A stretch of 32,000 nucleotides of DNA from Mucisphaera calidilacus (GTDB lineage: Bacteria > Planctomycetota > Phycisphaerae > Phycisphaerales > Phycisphaeraceae): contig NZ_CP036280.1 of the NCBI RefSeq assembly GCF_007748075.1, positions 1,380,001-1,412,000 of the forward strand. The letters are read 5' to 3'. The notes under the pieces were generated by a model. The model saw nothing but the letters and a program-made list of their open reading frames with translations. It was not told the origin of the DNA and did no database searches. How positions within the stretch are numbered: the stretch's first letter is position 1; each line of letters begins with the position of its first letter. A program made the translations under genes and the position numbers. Shown here piece by piece: positions 7,210-16,453 of this stretch.

Positions 7210-9254
7210 CCACGATCTCACTCCCCGTCAAACCCTCGCCGCCAAGAGACGCCCTCGTCCCACGCATCGTCCTGCTTGGTAACCCGAACGCGGGCAAGAC
7301 CACGCTGTTCAACCGCCTGACGGGCCTGCGTGCCAAGACCGCCAACTTCCCCGGCACCACCATCGAACGACGTGTCGGCGCCGTTCGTGTCAATGACAGC
7401 GACATCATCATCGAGGACCTTCCCGGGCTCTACGCGCTCAATGCCGGCAATCCCGAAGAGCGCATCGCCGCTGCGGTGCTCAACGGCGAACTGGACGGAC
7501 GCCCCAGGCCCGAGCTGGCCATCGTCGTTATCGACGCCACCAACCTGACGCGCAATCTCTACCTCGCGAGCCAGGCACGCGAGACCGGCATCAAGGTTAT
7601 CGTCGCCCTCAACATGGTTGATCTCGTCGAGGCCAACGGCACCAACCTCGATCGTGAAGCTCTCGCAGCGGAACTCGGCGCACCAGTCGTCCCGATCTCC
7701 GCACGCAGCGGGCAGGGCATCGAAGACCTCGTCGACCGACTCGCAGCGGAGATGAGTGACAGCACATCCGAGACACCCGTCCCGGAAGCTCTCGCCGCCT
7801 GTTCCAGTTGTTCAGGATGCCCCCATGGCGCACGCTTCGACTGGGCCGAGCAAGTCGGGCGTAAAGTCGCTCACACAACCGTTCTACCGGCTCGTTGGAC
7901 GGACGCCATCGACCGTGTGGTGACCCACACCCTCGTCGGTCCGATCATCTTCGCGGCGATTATGGCAGGGCTCTTCACAACGCTCTTTGTGCTTGCCGAC
8001 CACCCCATGGGATGGATCGAAGAGTGGTTCGGTCTCATGGGAGACGCCGTGAGCTCCGTTTTTTCCGACGGGCTTCTCCACAGTTTGATCGTTGACGGCA
8101 TCATCGGCGGCGTCGGTGGCGTCGTTGTTTTCCTGCCCCAGATCGTTCTGCTCTTTTTCCTCCTCAGCCTTCTCGAAGACACCGGTTATCTGGCCAGGGC
8201 AGCTTTCGTGATGGACCGGTGGTTCCGCAAGCTCGGTCTACCGGGACGCGCCTTCGTCCCGATGCTCTCCGCACATGCGTGCGCAATCCCGGCCATCATG
8301 TCGGCCAAGGTCATCGAGAGTAAACGCGACCGCATGATCACAATCATGATCCTGCCGCTGCTCACCTGCGCCGCACGATTGCCCGTCTACGCGATGATCA
8401 TCGGCCTGCTCTTCCCCGACAATCCCCTCGCCGCCGGGCTGCTGATGACCGGCTCCTACAGCCTCGGCATCGTCGCTGCGCTGGTCGCCGCGCTCGTCAT
8501 GCGTCACACCATCTTCCCCGGCCAACCCGAATCACTCGTTATCGAGCTGCCGACCTACAAGCTCCCCAGCTTCCGCAACGCCATCCTGACCGCCTTCGAC
8601 CGCGGCATGATCTTCATCCGCAAAGCCGGCACCGTCATCCTCGCCATCTCACTGATCCTGTGGGTCATGGCAACCTTTCCCACGCTCCCGGAAGACGGCC
8701 TCGTTGAGGTCGCCTCCGCCGCCGATCAGGCACGTCTTGTGGAGATCGACACGCAGACTGCCAACCCCGCTATTGATGCCAATACCCGCGAAGCCCTCGA
8801 GGCCGAACGCTCCGCCATGCACAGTGCATACGCCGTGGAGTATTCGATGGCCGGACGGCTCGGCAAGCTCACCGAGCCCATCTTTGCGCCGCTCGGCTTC
8901 GACTGGAAGATCAACATCGGCGTGATCAGTTCTTTCGCCGCCCGTGAGGTGATCGTCTCCACCCTGGGAATCGTTTATGGCCTTGGTGACGCTGCCGAAG
9001 ACGAAGACGCACTCCGCGATGTTCTCGCCGCTCAGACACACGCGGACGGCTCGCCCGTCTTCACGACCGCGCTCTGCCTGAGCATCCTCGTCTTTTATGT
9101 TCTCGCGATGCAATGCCTGCCAACTCAGGCTGTCACCAAACGCGAGACTGGCTCCTGGTACTGGGCCGCGTTCCAATTCGGCTATATGACCGTGCTTGCC
9201 TACACCGCAGCACTGATCACCTATCAAACCGTATCGGCACTGGGCCACGGATAA
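7206..9254 (+). CDS. feoB: Ferrous iron transporter FeoB (N-terminal GTPase + membrane permease)
   Basis: G1 motif IVLLGNPNAGKTTLFNRLTG, G3 DLPGLY and G4 ALNMVD are present. They are followed by a large polytopic membrane domain with gate-like motifs (LLEDTGYLARAAFVMDRWFRKLGLPGRAFVPML). Confidence 0.95.
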   Translation: MTTISLPVKPSPPRDALVPRIVLLGNPNAGKTTLFNRLTGLRAKTANFPGTTIERRVGAVRVNDSDIIIEDLPGLYALNAGNPEERIAAAVLNGELDGRPRPELAIVVIDATNLTRNLYLASQARETGIKVIVALNMVDLVEANGTNLDREALAAELGAPVVPISARSGQGIEDLVDRLAAEMSDSTSETPVPEALAACSSCSGCPHGARFDWAEQVGRKVAHTTVLPARWTDAIDRVVTHTLVGPIIFAAIMAGLFTTLFVLADHPMGWIEEWFGLMGDAVSSVFSDGLLHSLIVDGIIGGVGGVVVFLPQIVLLFFLLSLLEDTGYLARAAFVMDRWFRKLGLPGRAFVPMLSAHACAIPAIMSAKVIESKRDRMITIMILPLLTCAARLPVYAMIIGLLFPDNPLAAGLLMTGSYSLGIVAALVAALVMRHTIFPGQPESLVIELPTYKLPSFRNAILTAFDRGMIFIRKAGTVILAISLILWVMATFPTLPEDGLVEVASAADQARLVEIDTQTANPAIDANTREALEAERSAMHSAYAVEYSMAGRLGKLTEPIFAPLGFDWKINIGVISSFAAREVIVSTLGIVYGLGDAAEDEDALRDVLAAQTHADGSPVFTTALCLSILVFYVLAMQCLPTQAVTKRETGSWYWAAFQFGYMTVLAYTAALITYQTVSALGHG

Positions 9255-9337
9255 CCCGTGCACACACCCCGTCCGGGTGAGAGGTCTCGATCTAAGCGGT
9301 CCGCGACTGACCCCGCCGCATCCCGTAAACTGCGCTG

Positions 9338-10060
9338 ATGCCACGACGAACAAACCAGCTCCGTGACGTCACCATTGAATCTTTCCCCACCGCCGCCGCA
9401 GGCTCTGTCCTGATTACCGCCGGTCAGACCCGCGTGCTCTGCACAGCGAGTATCGCCAGCCAGACGCCACGCTGGATCCCCACCGATGACGACGGCAACC
9501 CCGAGCACGGATGGGTGACCGCCGAGTATGCCATGCTCCCCGGCTCCACACCCGACCGTAAACGACGTGGCAACGACGGACGTTCCACCGAGATCCAGCG
9601 TCTGATCGGTCGATCTCTCCGCGCGGGTGTCGATCTCAAGCGGATGCCTGGGCTCGCTGTCACCTGCGACTGTGACGTTCTCTCCGCCGACGGCGGGACA
9701 CGCACGGCTGCGATCACCGGATCCTGGGTTGCCCTGGTGCACGCCCTTCGCACCGCGCGAACCGACGGGCTGATCAAGGCCAACCCGGTCATCGGGCCCG
9801 TCGCCGCGGTCTCGGTCGGCATCATCGACGGGACGCCACACCTTGACCTTGACTACCCCCTCGACAGCCGTGCCGACGTCGACCTCAACGTGGTCATGAA
9901 TCACAAGGAGGAGTACATCGAGGTTCAGGGCACTGCCGAGGGCACGCCCTTCGACCGCAAGCGTCTCGACCAACTCCTCGAACTTGCTGGCAAGGGTATA
10001 CGCAGCCTCATCAAGACCCAGAGAGCCACGCTCAAGAAACTGAAACAGTCCAAGGCCTGA
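9338..10060 (+). CDS. rph: Ribonuclease PH
   Basis: 240 aa. RRTNQLRDVTIESFPTAAAGSVLITAGQTRVLCTASI...GWVTAEYAMLPGSTPDRKRR...RSTEIQRLIGRSLRA...CDVLSADGGTRTAAITG is a typical RNase PH sequence and length. Confidence 0.95.
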   Translation: MPRRTNQLRDVTIESFPTAAAGSVLITAGQTRVLCTASIASQTPRWIPTDDDGNPEHGWVTAEYAMLPGSTPDRKRRGNDGRSTEIQRLIGRSLRAGVDLKRMPGLAVTCDCDVLSADGGTRTAAITGSWVALVHALRTARTDGLIKANPVIGPVAAVSVGIIDGTPHLDLDYPLDSRADVDLNVVMNHKEEYIEVQGTAEGTPFDRKRLDQLLELAGKGIRSLIKTQRATLKKLKQSKA

Positions 10061-10066
10061 TCCCGT

Positions 10067-11749
10067 ATGTCCTGGATTCTCGCCCGGTACATCCTGTTCG
10101 ACATCATCAAGATTCTCGTGATCGTGACCGCCACGCTCGTGAGCGTGATCTCGTTCGCGACCGCCATCAAGCCGCTCGCGGACGGGCTCCTGGGGCCCGC
10201 CGAGCTCATCCGCTTTGTGGGCTACACCATCCCCACCATGCTCGGTTTTGTGCTCCCGTTCGCAGGAGCTTTTGCCTCGACGCTCGTCTTCATCCGTCTC
10301 GTCGCGGACAACGAAATCACCGCGGCCTCTGCCTGTGGCGTGAGTCACAGAGCACTGCTGATGCCCGTCTTTGGTCTCGGCCTGGTCCTCACCATCATCC
10401 TCTTCACGCTCTCCAACTTCGTGGTTCCCGGCTTCTATCGCAACGCCGCCATGACGATCGAAAAAGACCTCCTCACGGTTCTCGTCGCGAAGCTCAACAA
10501 CCGCCAGCCGTTCACACGTGGCAACTGGGTTGTTTTCGCCGACCGCGCTGAGGCGATGGACCCGCCGCCGCCCCGACCCGGCCAGCCCGCCGCCGACAAA
10601 CTCGTTCGGCTCACGGGCGTCGCTGTCCAGGAACTCGCACCCTCCGGCAAGATTCGCAACGATCACACCGCTCAAACTGCTACGGCACTCCTCTATCAGG
10701 ACCCCATCAGCAACGACTCCATCGTCACACTTCGACTCGACGGCTTTGTCTCCTTCTCCGCCGTCGAGGGAGACTTCCGCGACGGCTACATCGCAGCCCT
10801 CAATCTCCCCCCGCTGCGTCTCCCGAGCGTCCTGCGTGACAACCCCAAGTTCTATTCATGGCCAGAGCTTCGTGACCTCACCCTTCATCCCGAGCGTTAC
10901 GACCGCGTGCGAGATGCCTCTCTGGATTACCTGCAGGATCTCGCCACGCACCGACTGGTCGTCATGGTCCGAGAGGCGCTCCAAGAGGGCCTGCTGCGTC
11001 TCAAAGATCCCGTCTCAGGACGCCTGGCCACACTGACGGCCCCCCAGTGGCAGCCCTTGAGACGCGGAGCTGTTGTCAACGCGACCGAATCTCAGCCCAT
11101 CCTCTACCAGCTGCTTCCCGATGATGACGCCACGTCAGCCCCGCTACAACGGCCGATGCGTGCCGGCCAGGCCTTCATCACCGTCAAGCCGCGCAGCGAG
11201 AGCACCGACGACCCACGCCTTACGCTCGAACTACGCGACATCACCCTTTCCGATGGTAGTCTTGGTCTCTCCTCACAGATCAGCCGCCGCCTTCTTCCCG
11301 AACTCGCTTGGCCCGATCACGTCCTCGGCCAGCCGCTCAACGCCGTGCCGACACGCGACCTCATCGCTGGTCAGTTCGCTCCGCAGAGTGAGGCCGAGAT
11401 GCGTGCCACGGCGACCTCGCTCGCCGAGCTTCAGCATCAGATCCGCCGCCTCGCCTCACGCATCATGTCGCAGCTCCACGTGCGCGCTGCCCTCGCCATC
11501 GCCTGCTGCCTGCTGACACTGCTCGGTGCCACCATCGCGATGAACGCACGCAACCAGTCCACACTGGTGGCCTACACATGGTCATTCCTGGCCGCGATCA
11601 TCACCATCATCATCGTCCATTCAGGGGAGAACGTTGCGAACCGCGTGACCATGCGTGTCGAGATCGGGCTAGCGCTGCTCTGGTCCGCCATCTTGCTTCT
11701 GCTCATCGCCTGCGCCGTTGCCTACGCGCGACTGGGAAGGCCAACCTGA
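10067..11749 (+). CDS. LptF/LptG-family LPS export permease (unusually long, 560 aa)
   Basis: The N-terminus MSWILARYILFDIIKILVIVTATLVSVISF is typical of YjgP/YjgQ (LptF/G). There are three N-terminal TM helices, a long extracytoplasmic domain and C-terminal TM helices. It starts 6 bp after the rph stop. Confidence 0.85.
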   Translation: MSWILARYILFDIIKILVIVTATLVSVISFATAIKPLADGLLGPAELIRFVGYTIPTMLGFVLPFAGAFASTLVFIRLVADNEITAASACGVSHRALLMPVFGLGLVLTIILFTLSNFVVPGFYRNAAMTIEKDLLTVLVAKLNNRQPFTRGNWVVFADRAEAMDPPPPRPGQPAADKLVRLTGVAVQELAPSGKIRNDHTAQTATALLYQDPISNDSIVTLRLDGFVSFSAVEGDFRDGYIAALNLPPLRLPSVLRDNPKFYSWPELRDLTLHPERYDRVRDASLDYLQDLATHRLVVMVREALQEGLLRLKDPVSGRLATLTAPQWQPLRRGAVVNATESQPILYQLLPDDDATSAPLQRPMRAGQAFITVKPRSESTDDPRLTLELRDITLSDGSLGLSSQISRRLLPELAWPDHVLGQPLNAVPTRDLIAGQFAPQSEAEMRATATSLAELQHQIRRLASRIMSQLHVRAALAIACCLLTLLGATIAMNARNQSTLVAYTWSFLAAIITIIIVHSGENVANRVTMRVEIGLALLWSAILLLLIACAVAYARLGRPT

Positions 11750-11758
11750 CACAGAACC

Positions 11759-12886
11759 ATGACCATCCTTGATCGTTACATCCTGAGGCAGTTTTTTCAG
11801 AACTTCGTCATCCTGCTTTCGGTCCTCATCGGGCTGTTCGTGCTGATCGATCTCATTCTCAACATCGACGAGTTTGTTGAAGCCGGCAGGGTCATGGCCG
11901 ATCGGTGGGGCGGACAGGCGCCCGCCACGATGATCGCGATCGCGGATTACTACTGGCCCCTAGCGGTTCTGGCTCTCGTCCACACCGTTGGCCTGATCGC
12001 GATCGGGGCAGCGGGGTTCACACTCGTGGCGATGCACCGCAACCGTGAACTGGTTGCTCTTGCCGCCTCGGGCATGAGTCTCCATCGCGTCGCCGCCCCG
12101 ATCCTGGTCGGCAGCATCCTGTTGTCGCTGTTCACCCTGCCCCTGCAGGAAGCCGTCATCCCCGACCTCGCCACGAAACTCACCCGCGGCGCCTCCGAGG
12201 TCAAGAACGAGGCGCTCAATGCCTTCCCGATACGGCTGATCCCCGATGAGGACGGCACGCTCTTTACCGCCTCCAGCTTCAACATCACCACGGGACGACT
12301 CACGGACGTTTCAATACTCGAACGCGACAGCACCGGCATGATGCTCCAGCGCATTGTCGGTGACGCCGCTACATGGAATCACCGAAGGGGCGGCTGGGAA
12401 TTCGAGCCAACAGCGTTCGCGGCCTCGCCGATCGGCACGTCCAGCGACGTCAACACACCGGTAGCCCGCGACCCTCAGCCCGTCGTCTTCTACGCGACCG
12501 AGATGTCACCCACGATCATCCTCGCCCGCAGAAAAGCCCTGTTCAAGCGACTGCTGTCGATGGGCGACCTCCAGACGCTCGAGTCCTCAGCAGCCCTGGC
12601 ACCACGCGAGCGTGCGGAGATCACTCAGATCATCTGGAGCCGATTCAGCCTCCTCGTCGTTCATGTTCTTGTCGTCGCCATTGGCATCCCGTTCTTTCTC
12701 CTGCGCTCACCCGCCAACATCATGACCCAGTCCGTCCGCGCCGCCATCCTGTGTATCGGGTGCTGGGCCACTGCCCTCGTCCTCCTCCAGTCTTCGAGCG
12801 GATACAACCCCGTCGCCATGGCATGGCTGCCAGCGGCCCTTGGCCTGCCCATCGCCACGTTCATGCTCCACGCCGTCGAGACCTGA
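11759..12886 (+). CDS. LptF/LptG-family LPS export permease
   Basis: The N-terminus MTILDRYILRQFFQNFVILLSVLIGLFVLIDLILNIDEF is typical of the family. It is 375 aa with the standard 3+3 TM layout around a periplasmic domain, and starts 9 bp after the preceding permease gene. Confidence 0.9.
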   Translation: MTILDRYILRQFFQNFVILLSVLIGLFVLIDLILNIDEFVEAGRVMADRWGGQAPATMIAIADYYWPLAVLALVHTVGLIAIGAAGFTLVAMHRNRELVALAASGMSLHRVAAPILVGSILLSLFTLPLQEAVIPDLATKLTRGASEVKNEALNAFPIRLIPDEDGTLFTASSFNITTGRLTDVSILERDSTGMMLQRIVGDAATWNHRRGGWEFEPTAFAASPIGTSSDVNTPVARDPQPVVFYATEMSPTIILARRKALFKRLLSMGDLQTLESSAALAPRERAEITQIIWSRFSLLVVHVLVVAIGIPFFLLRSPANIMTQSVRAAILCIGCWATALVLLQSSSGYNPVAMAWLPAALGLPIATFMLHAVET

Positions 12887-12889
12887 TCG

Positions 12890-13723
12890 ATGCGCCCCAA
12901 CCTCAACGAACAGCGACATTGGCTCGTCAGCCTTCCCACGCCCGTCGAAGGCCGGCCGCTGTCCGCACGCTGGCTCGTCATCGCCATAGTCACGCTGACC
13001 TTGATTCTTCTGCTCCGAATCATCGACCACGCAGCCATCGAAGCCGTCCATGCATGGCCGACCACGGCACGAACGACTCTGTCCTGGCTCACCGAATGGG
13101 GCGGTTCACAGCCTTACCTCGTTGCCGCCGCCGTATGGCTCCTCAGCTTCCTGATCCCTGGCGTCACGGCACGCCGTATCACCACGACTCTGCTCGCTTT
13201 CATCGTGATTGCCTGGAGTCTGCTCAACGTCGATGGCTCACCGCGCGAGCGAGCGACATGGATCATCACGGGTCTCCTCCTCCTCGCCTTAGGCTTCCTG
13301 CGCGATCAGCACCGCTGGATCAATCCGGTGATCCTCGTCGTCATCTGCGTGGTCGTCTCGGGTGTCGCGGTCAATATCGCCAAGCCTCTCGCGGGCCACA
13401 CACGCCCACGGCTCTGGATCGAGCACCGGATCGATGACTGGCAGCCCTTGACCCTCGGCTACGACCACGGCAGCTTCCCCTCGGGGCACGCCACCACGGC
13501 CGGAGCCGTCGCCGGGTCGATTGCGATAGTCTTCCCCGTCACGCGGATACCGATGCTCATGCTCGGCACAGCCGTCGCTACTACGCGTATCGGCACGCTG
13601 TCTCACTACCCCTCCGACACGCTCGCCGGCCTCTGGCTGGGCTGGGTCACCCCGGGCCTACTAAGGCATCTGGTCCGTCGAAAGTCAGACCAACTCACTC
13701 GGTCGTCGGCTGATCACGCGTAG
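12890..13723 (+). CDS. PAP2-superfamily membrane phosphatase (LpxE/undecaprenyl-diphosphatase-like)
   Basis: All three PAP2 motifs are present between about nt 13382 and 13618: KPLAGHTRP (Kx6RP), FPSGH (PSGH) and TRIGTLSHYPSD ([ST]Rx5Hx3D). It has multiple TM helices. The start lies 3 bp after the upstream permease stop. Confidence 0.85.
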   Translation: MRPNLNEQRHWLVSLPTPVEGRPLSARWLVIAIVTLTLILLLRIIDHAAIEAVHAWPTTARTTLSWLTEWGGSQPYLVAAAVWLLSFLIPGVTARRITTTLLAFIVIAWSLLNVDGSPRERATWIITGLLLLALGFLRDQHRWINPVILVVICVVVSGVAVNIAKPLAGHTRPRLWIEHRIDDWQPLTLGYDHGSFPSGHATTAGAVAGSIAIVFPVTRIPMLMLGTAVATTRIGTLSHYPSDTLAGLWLGWVTPGLLRHLVRRKSDQLTRSSADHA

Positions 13724-15479
13724 CCCCGACCAGCCACGTCTCAACGACAAGAGTTCTCCCCTCGGTCCCCGACGCGTAATTCCAGACCGGGTAACGTTCA
13801 AGAAGCGTGGCCCCAAGGTCTTCGTGCGTGATCCCTAAACGTTCTGCTTCGCTGTTCGTGATCACCAACGCCTCGGGCGTGGATCGCTCCTGCTGAACCC
13901 ATGCATCGAGCGCTTCACGTGTCCGTCCCATCCGTTGAACCGGTGTCCCCAGCGACCTGCTCAAATAGAAGATCAGGCTGGGCTCGCGATAACCGAGCGT
14001 GTAGACCCGCGCGTCATCGGGCAGCCGGTAACGAATCGCCTCCGCGATTACCGGGCTGACTTTGAGCCGCGACTCCACCCACGGCAGCACCGACAGCACC
14101 AGCGCGAGCACCACCACGGGCGTCAACGGCCCTAGGAACCAGACCAGTTCCAGCAGCCGCCGATTCGCGACGTGGCTCAGGACCCACGGCGTCCCGATGA
14201 GCACAAGCAACGCCGGCAACGCACACCGCCAGGCCAACTCGTCATCGCCCAGCACCTGCGGACCCACCACCAGCCCCACGCCGCCCATGCCCGCCATCAC
14301 CAGGTAGAACAGACGTCCGAGTCGTCCGAACCGGGTGTCAGCCCGGACCGGCTGCAGGGTCATCCGGTCCACGAACACACCCACCAGCACCGCCAGCCCG
14401 GGGAACATCGGCAGGACGTAGTGCGGCAGCTTGGTCGCCACCAGTGTCATGATCACAAAGGCTGGTGTAATCCATGCCCAAATCAGGCTCCGCTCGCGGC
14501 CGCTCAGAAACTCACGCCGACGCAGCGCGTTTACCGCCGATGGCAGCAGCGAAGTCCAGGGCATGAATCCGATCAACACGACCGGCACGTACACCGGCAG
14601 CAGCGCTATGTACTCCAGAACGTTCGACCCGCCGTGCCCCTCCTGAGCCGTCTGGATCCGATCCACCACGTGCGTGCCGATCCCTTCGCTCCACAGCACG
14701 CCTCCGGACAGTTGATTCGCCGGAATACCCCAGGCCAGAAACAGCACGACGCTCAGCAAAGCCGCAACCCAGACAGAGATCCACCAACCGAACCCGAGGT
14801 GCCAGTCGTCGCGCTGGTGACGCCCGACCATCCACCCGGCCAGCAGCATGTTCGCCATCGGGATGACCAGCCCGATCGGCCCCTTCACCAGCTGCCCGAG
14901 GGTTAACGCAAATACCAGAACGGGGATCTGCCACCACACCGAGCCCCTGCACACCCGGTGCAGCAGCACCGCGTACGCCTGCGTCATGCACCCCAGCAGC
15001 AAGCCGTCCGCCGTCGACAGCGTCCCCATCACGATCGGCATGAGTGAAGTCAACAGAACCACCATCGCGATCACGCCCGCTCGCGAGCGACCTGACAGAC
15101 AACGCCCCGCCATGTAGACCAGCCAGCCCGTCCACAGCAGCCCCACGATCGAGGGCAGACGCACCGCAATCTCGTGTTCCCCGAAGAGTTCAAGACCCAC
15201 CTGCATTGCCCAGTAAACCCCCGCGGGCTTATCGGGGCGCACGCCCTCGTTGAATCGGGGGACCATCAGGTCCCCGCTCTCCCGCATCTCGACCGCGGCT
15301 CGGGCAAAACGCGGCTCGTCGCGGTCCCAGAGCGATGAACTCACGCCGATTCCAACGAGCATCAAGAGCCCCAACAGAAGCACGATCAGCGCCGCACGCC
15401 CCCCACCCGACGACCCGTTCGGTCGATCAGAAGCGGGCTGTGTGCCAACCGATACCGGGGGCAGATCAACATTCGCCAT
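13695..15479 (-). CDS. ArnT/PMT_2-like (GT83/GT39-type) polyprenyl-phosphate-sugar-dependent membrane glycosyltransferase
   Basis: 594 aa and polytopic. The N-terminal signature LWDRDEPRFARAAVEMRESGDLMVPRFNEGVRPDKPAGVYWAMQ is typical of ArnT-like transferases. Its 3' end overlaps the convergent PAP2 gene by 29 bp. Confidence 0.85.
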   Translation of the reverse strand: MANVDLPPVSVGTQPASDRPNGSSGGGRAALIVLLLGLLMLVGIGVSSSLWDRDEPRFARAAVEMRESGDLMVPRFNEGVRPDKPAGVYWAMQVGLELFGEHEIAVRLPSIVGLLWTGWLVYMAGRCLSGRSRAGVIAMVVLLTSLMPIVMGTLSTADGLLLGCMTQAYAVLLHRVCRGSVWWQIPVLVFALTLGQLVKGPIGLVIPMANMLLAGWMVGRHQRDDWHLGFGWWISVWVAALLSVVLFLAWGIPANQLSGGVLWSEGIGTHVVDRIQTAQEGHGGSNVLEYIALLPVYVPVVLIGFMPWTSLLPSAVNALRRREFLSGRERSLIWAWITPAFVIMTLVATKLPHYVLPMFPGLAVLVGVFVDRMTLQPVRADTRFGRLGRLFYLVMAGMGGVGLVVGPQVLGDDELAWRCALPALLVLIGTPWVLSHVANRRLLELVWFLGPLTPVVVLALVLSVLPWVESRLKVSPVIAEAIRYRLPDDARVYTLGYREPSLIFYLSRSLGTPVQRMGRTREALDAWVQQERSTPEALVITNSEAERLGITHEDLGATLLERYPVWNYASGTEGRTLVVETWLVGATRDQPTTE

Positions 15480-15546
15480 AAGTCGACGAGTTTACCCCGC
15501 TTCGCCCGCTCTGGCCCGTTCCCCAGCCATCACCTATTCTGTTCTG

Positions 15547-16374
15547 ATGAACCGCATCCTTGGCATCTTCGAGCAGCACAAGAGCAACGGCAGCCGAGCG
15601 CTGATGCCTTTCATTACCGCGGGCGACCCCGATATCGAATGCCTGCCCGAACTCATCCGTGTTGCGGAGCAGAACGGTGCGTCCCTTTGCGAGATCGGGG
15701 TCCCTTTCTCAGACCCCATTGCCGACGGGCCTGTGATTCAGGAGTCCATGACGCACGCTCTTGATCAGGGGCTTCGCCTCGAACAGGTCTTCGAGGCCAT
15801 TGCGGCCGTCCGACCAGAGACCTCGCTCGGCATCGTGGCGATGGTCAGTTTCTCCATAGTTCACCGCTACGGCCTCCGAGACTTCATCAACAAAGCAGCG
15901 GACTCGGGCTTCGACGGCTTCATCTTCCCTGACCTGCCGCTTGAGGCTGCTCAACCAGTCCAGCAAGCCGCTCGGGAGGCCGGCACCACACTCAGCCTGC
16001 TGATCGCACCGACGACACCTCTGGACCGGGCCGCCGAGATCGCCCGTGCCTCATCTGGTTTTGCCTACATCGTTTCCCGAGCCGGCATCACGGGCGAGCA
16101 GGACCAGCTGCCCCCCGGACTCGAAGAGCGGCTCCAGCGACTCCGTGAACACACCGAGATCCCGCTCGCGGTTGGCTTCGGCGTCAGCAAGCCCGCCCAC
16201 GTCAAGGCCATCACCGACCACGCCGAGGGGGTCATCGTCGGGTCCGCACTCGTTCGTCGAATCAGCGACCTGCGACAATCATCCCGGGAGCAGATACTTG
16301 ACGCCGCCGGGGCTTACATCCGTGAACTCGCCTCAGGATTGCCGCAGGGAGCGCCTTCTCCGACCGCCGAGTAA
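15547..16374 (+). CDS. trpA: Tryptophan synthase alpha chain
   Basis: From the internal ATG at 15547: MNRILGIFEQHKSNGSRALMPFITAGDPDIECLPELIRVAEQNGASLCEIGVPFSDPIADGPVIQES... and later YIVSRAGITGEQ...PLAVGFGVS. At 275 aa it has a typical TrpA length. The track's upstream extension (15250) is antisense to the glycosyltransferase and R/S/P-rich. Confidence 0.92.
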   Translation: MNRILGIFEQHKSNGSRALMPFITAGDPDIECLPELIRVAEQNGASLCEIGVPFSDPIADGPVIQESMTHALDQGLRLEQVFEAIAAVRPETSLGIVAMVSFSIVHRYGLRDFINKAADSGFDGFIFPDLPLEAAQPVQQAAREAGTTLSLLIAPTTPLDRAAEIARASSGFAYIVSRAGITGEQDQLPPGLEERLQRLREHTEIPLAVGFGVSKPAHVKAITDHAEGVIVGSALVRRISDLRQSSREQILDAAGAYIRELASGLPQGAPSPTAE

Positions 16375-16453
16375 TCCGCCAGCCGCCCCAACCCAACCGC
16401 CGATAAACTAAGAACGCCAAACGCAAACAGGAACACGCAGGGAGTCACCACGG

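Noticed and set aside
9265-9279. Small hairpin (CACCC-N5-GGGTG) after feoB, and ACCCG-gct-CGGGT at about 402-414, as intrinsic terminators
   Set aside because: The stems are only 5 bp and there is no downstream T-tract, so they are not convincing as Rho-independent terminators.
9224-10675. 483-aa minus-strand ORF antisense to rph and the first Lpt permease
   Set aside because: It fully overlaps two genes with strong family signatures. Its translation is G/D/E/R-rich with no recognisable motifs, so it is a high-GC antisense artefact.
12373-13437. 354-aa plus-strand ORF overlapping the end of the second Lpt permease and the PAP2 gene
   Set aside because: It is an R/P/H-rich off-frame translation. 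The overlapped frames carry clear LptG-like and PAP2 motifs.
15250-15546. Upstream extension of the trpA ORF (track start 15250)
   Set aside because: It would overlap the start of the ArnT-like gene in antisense and add about 99 R/S/P-rich residues. TrpA homology begins at MNRILGIF (ATG 15547), which gives the typical length of about 275 aa.
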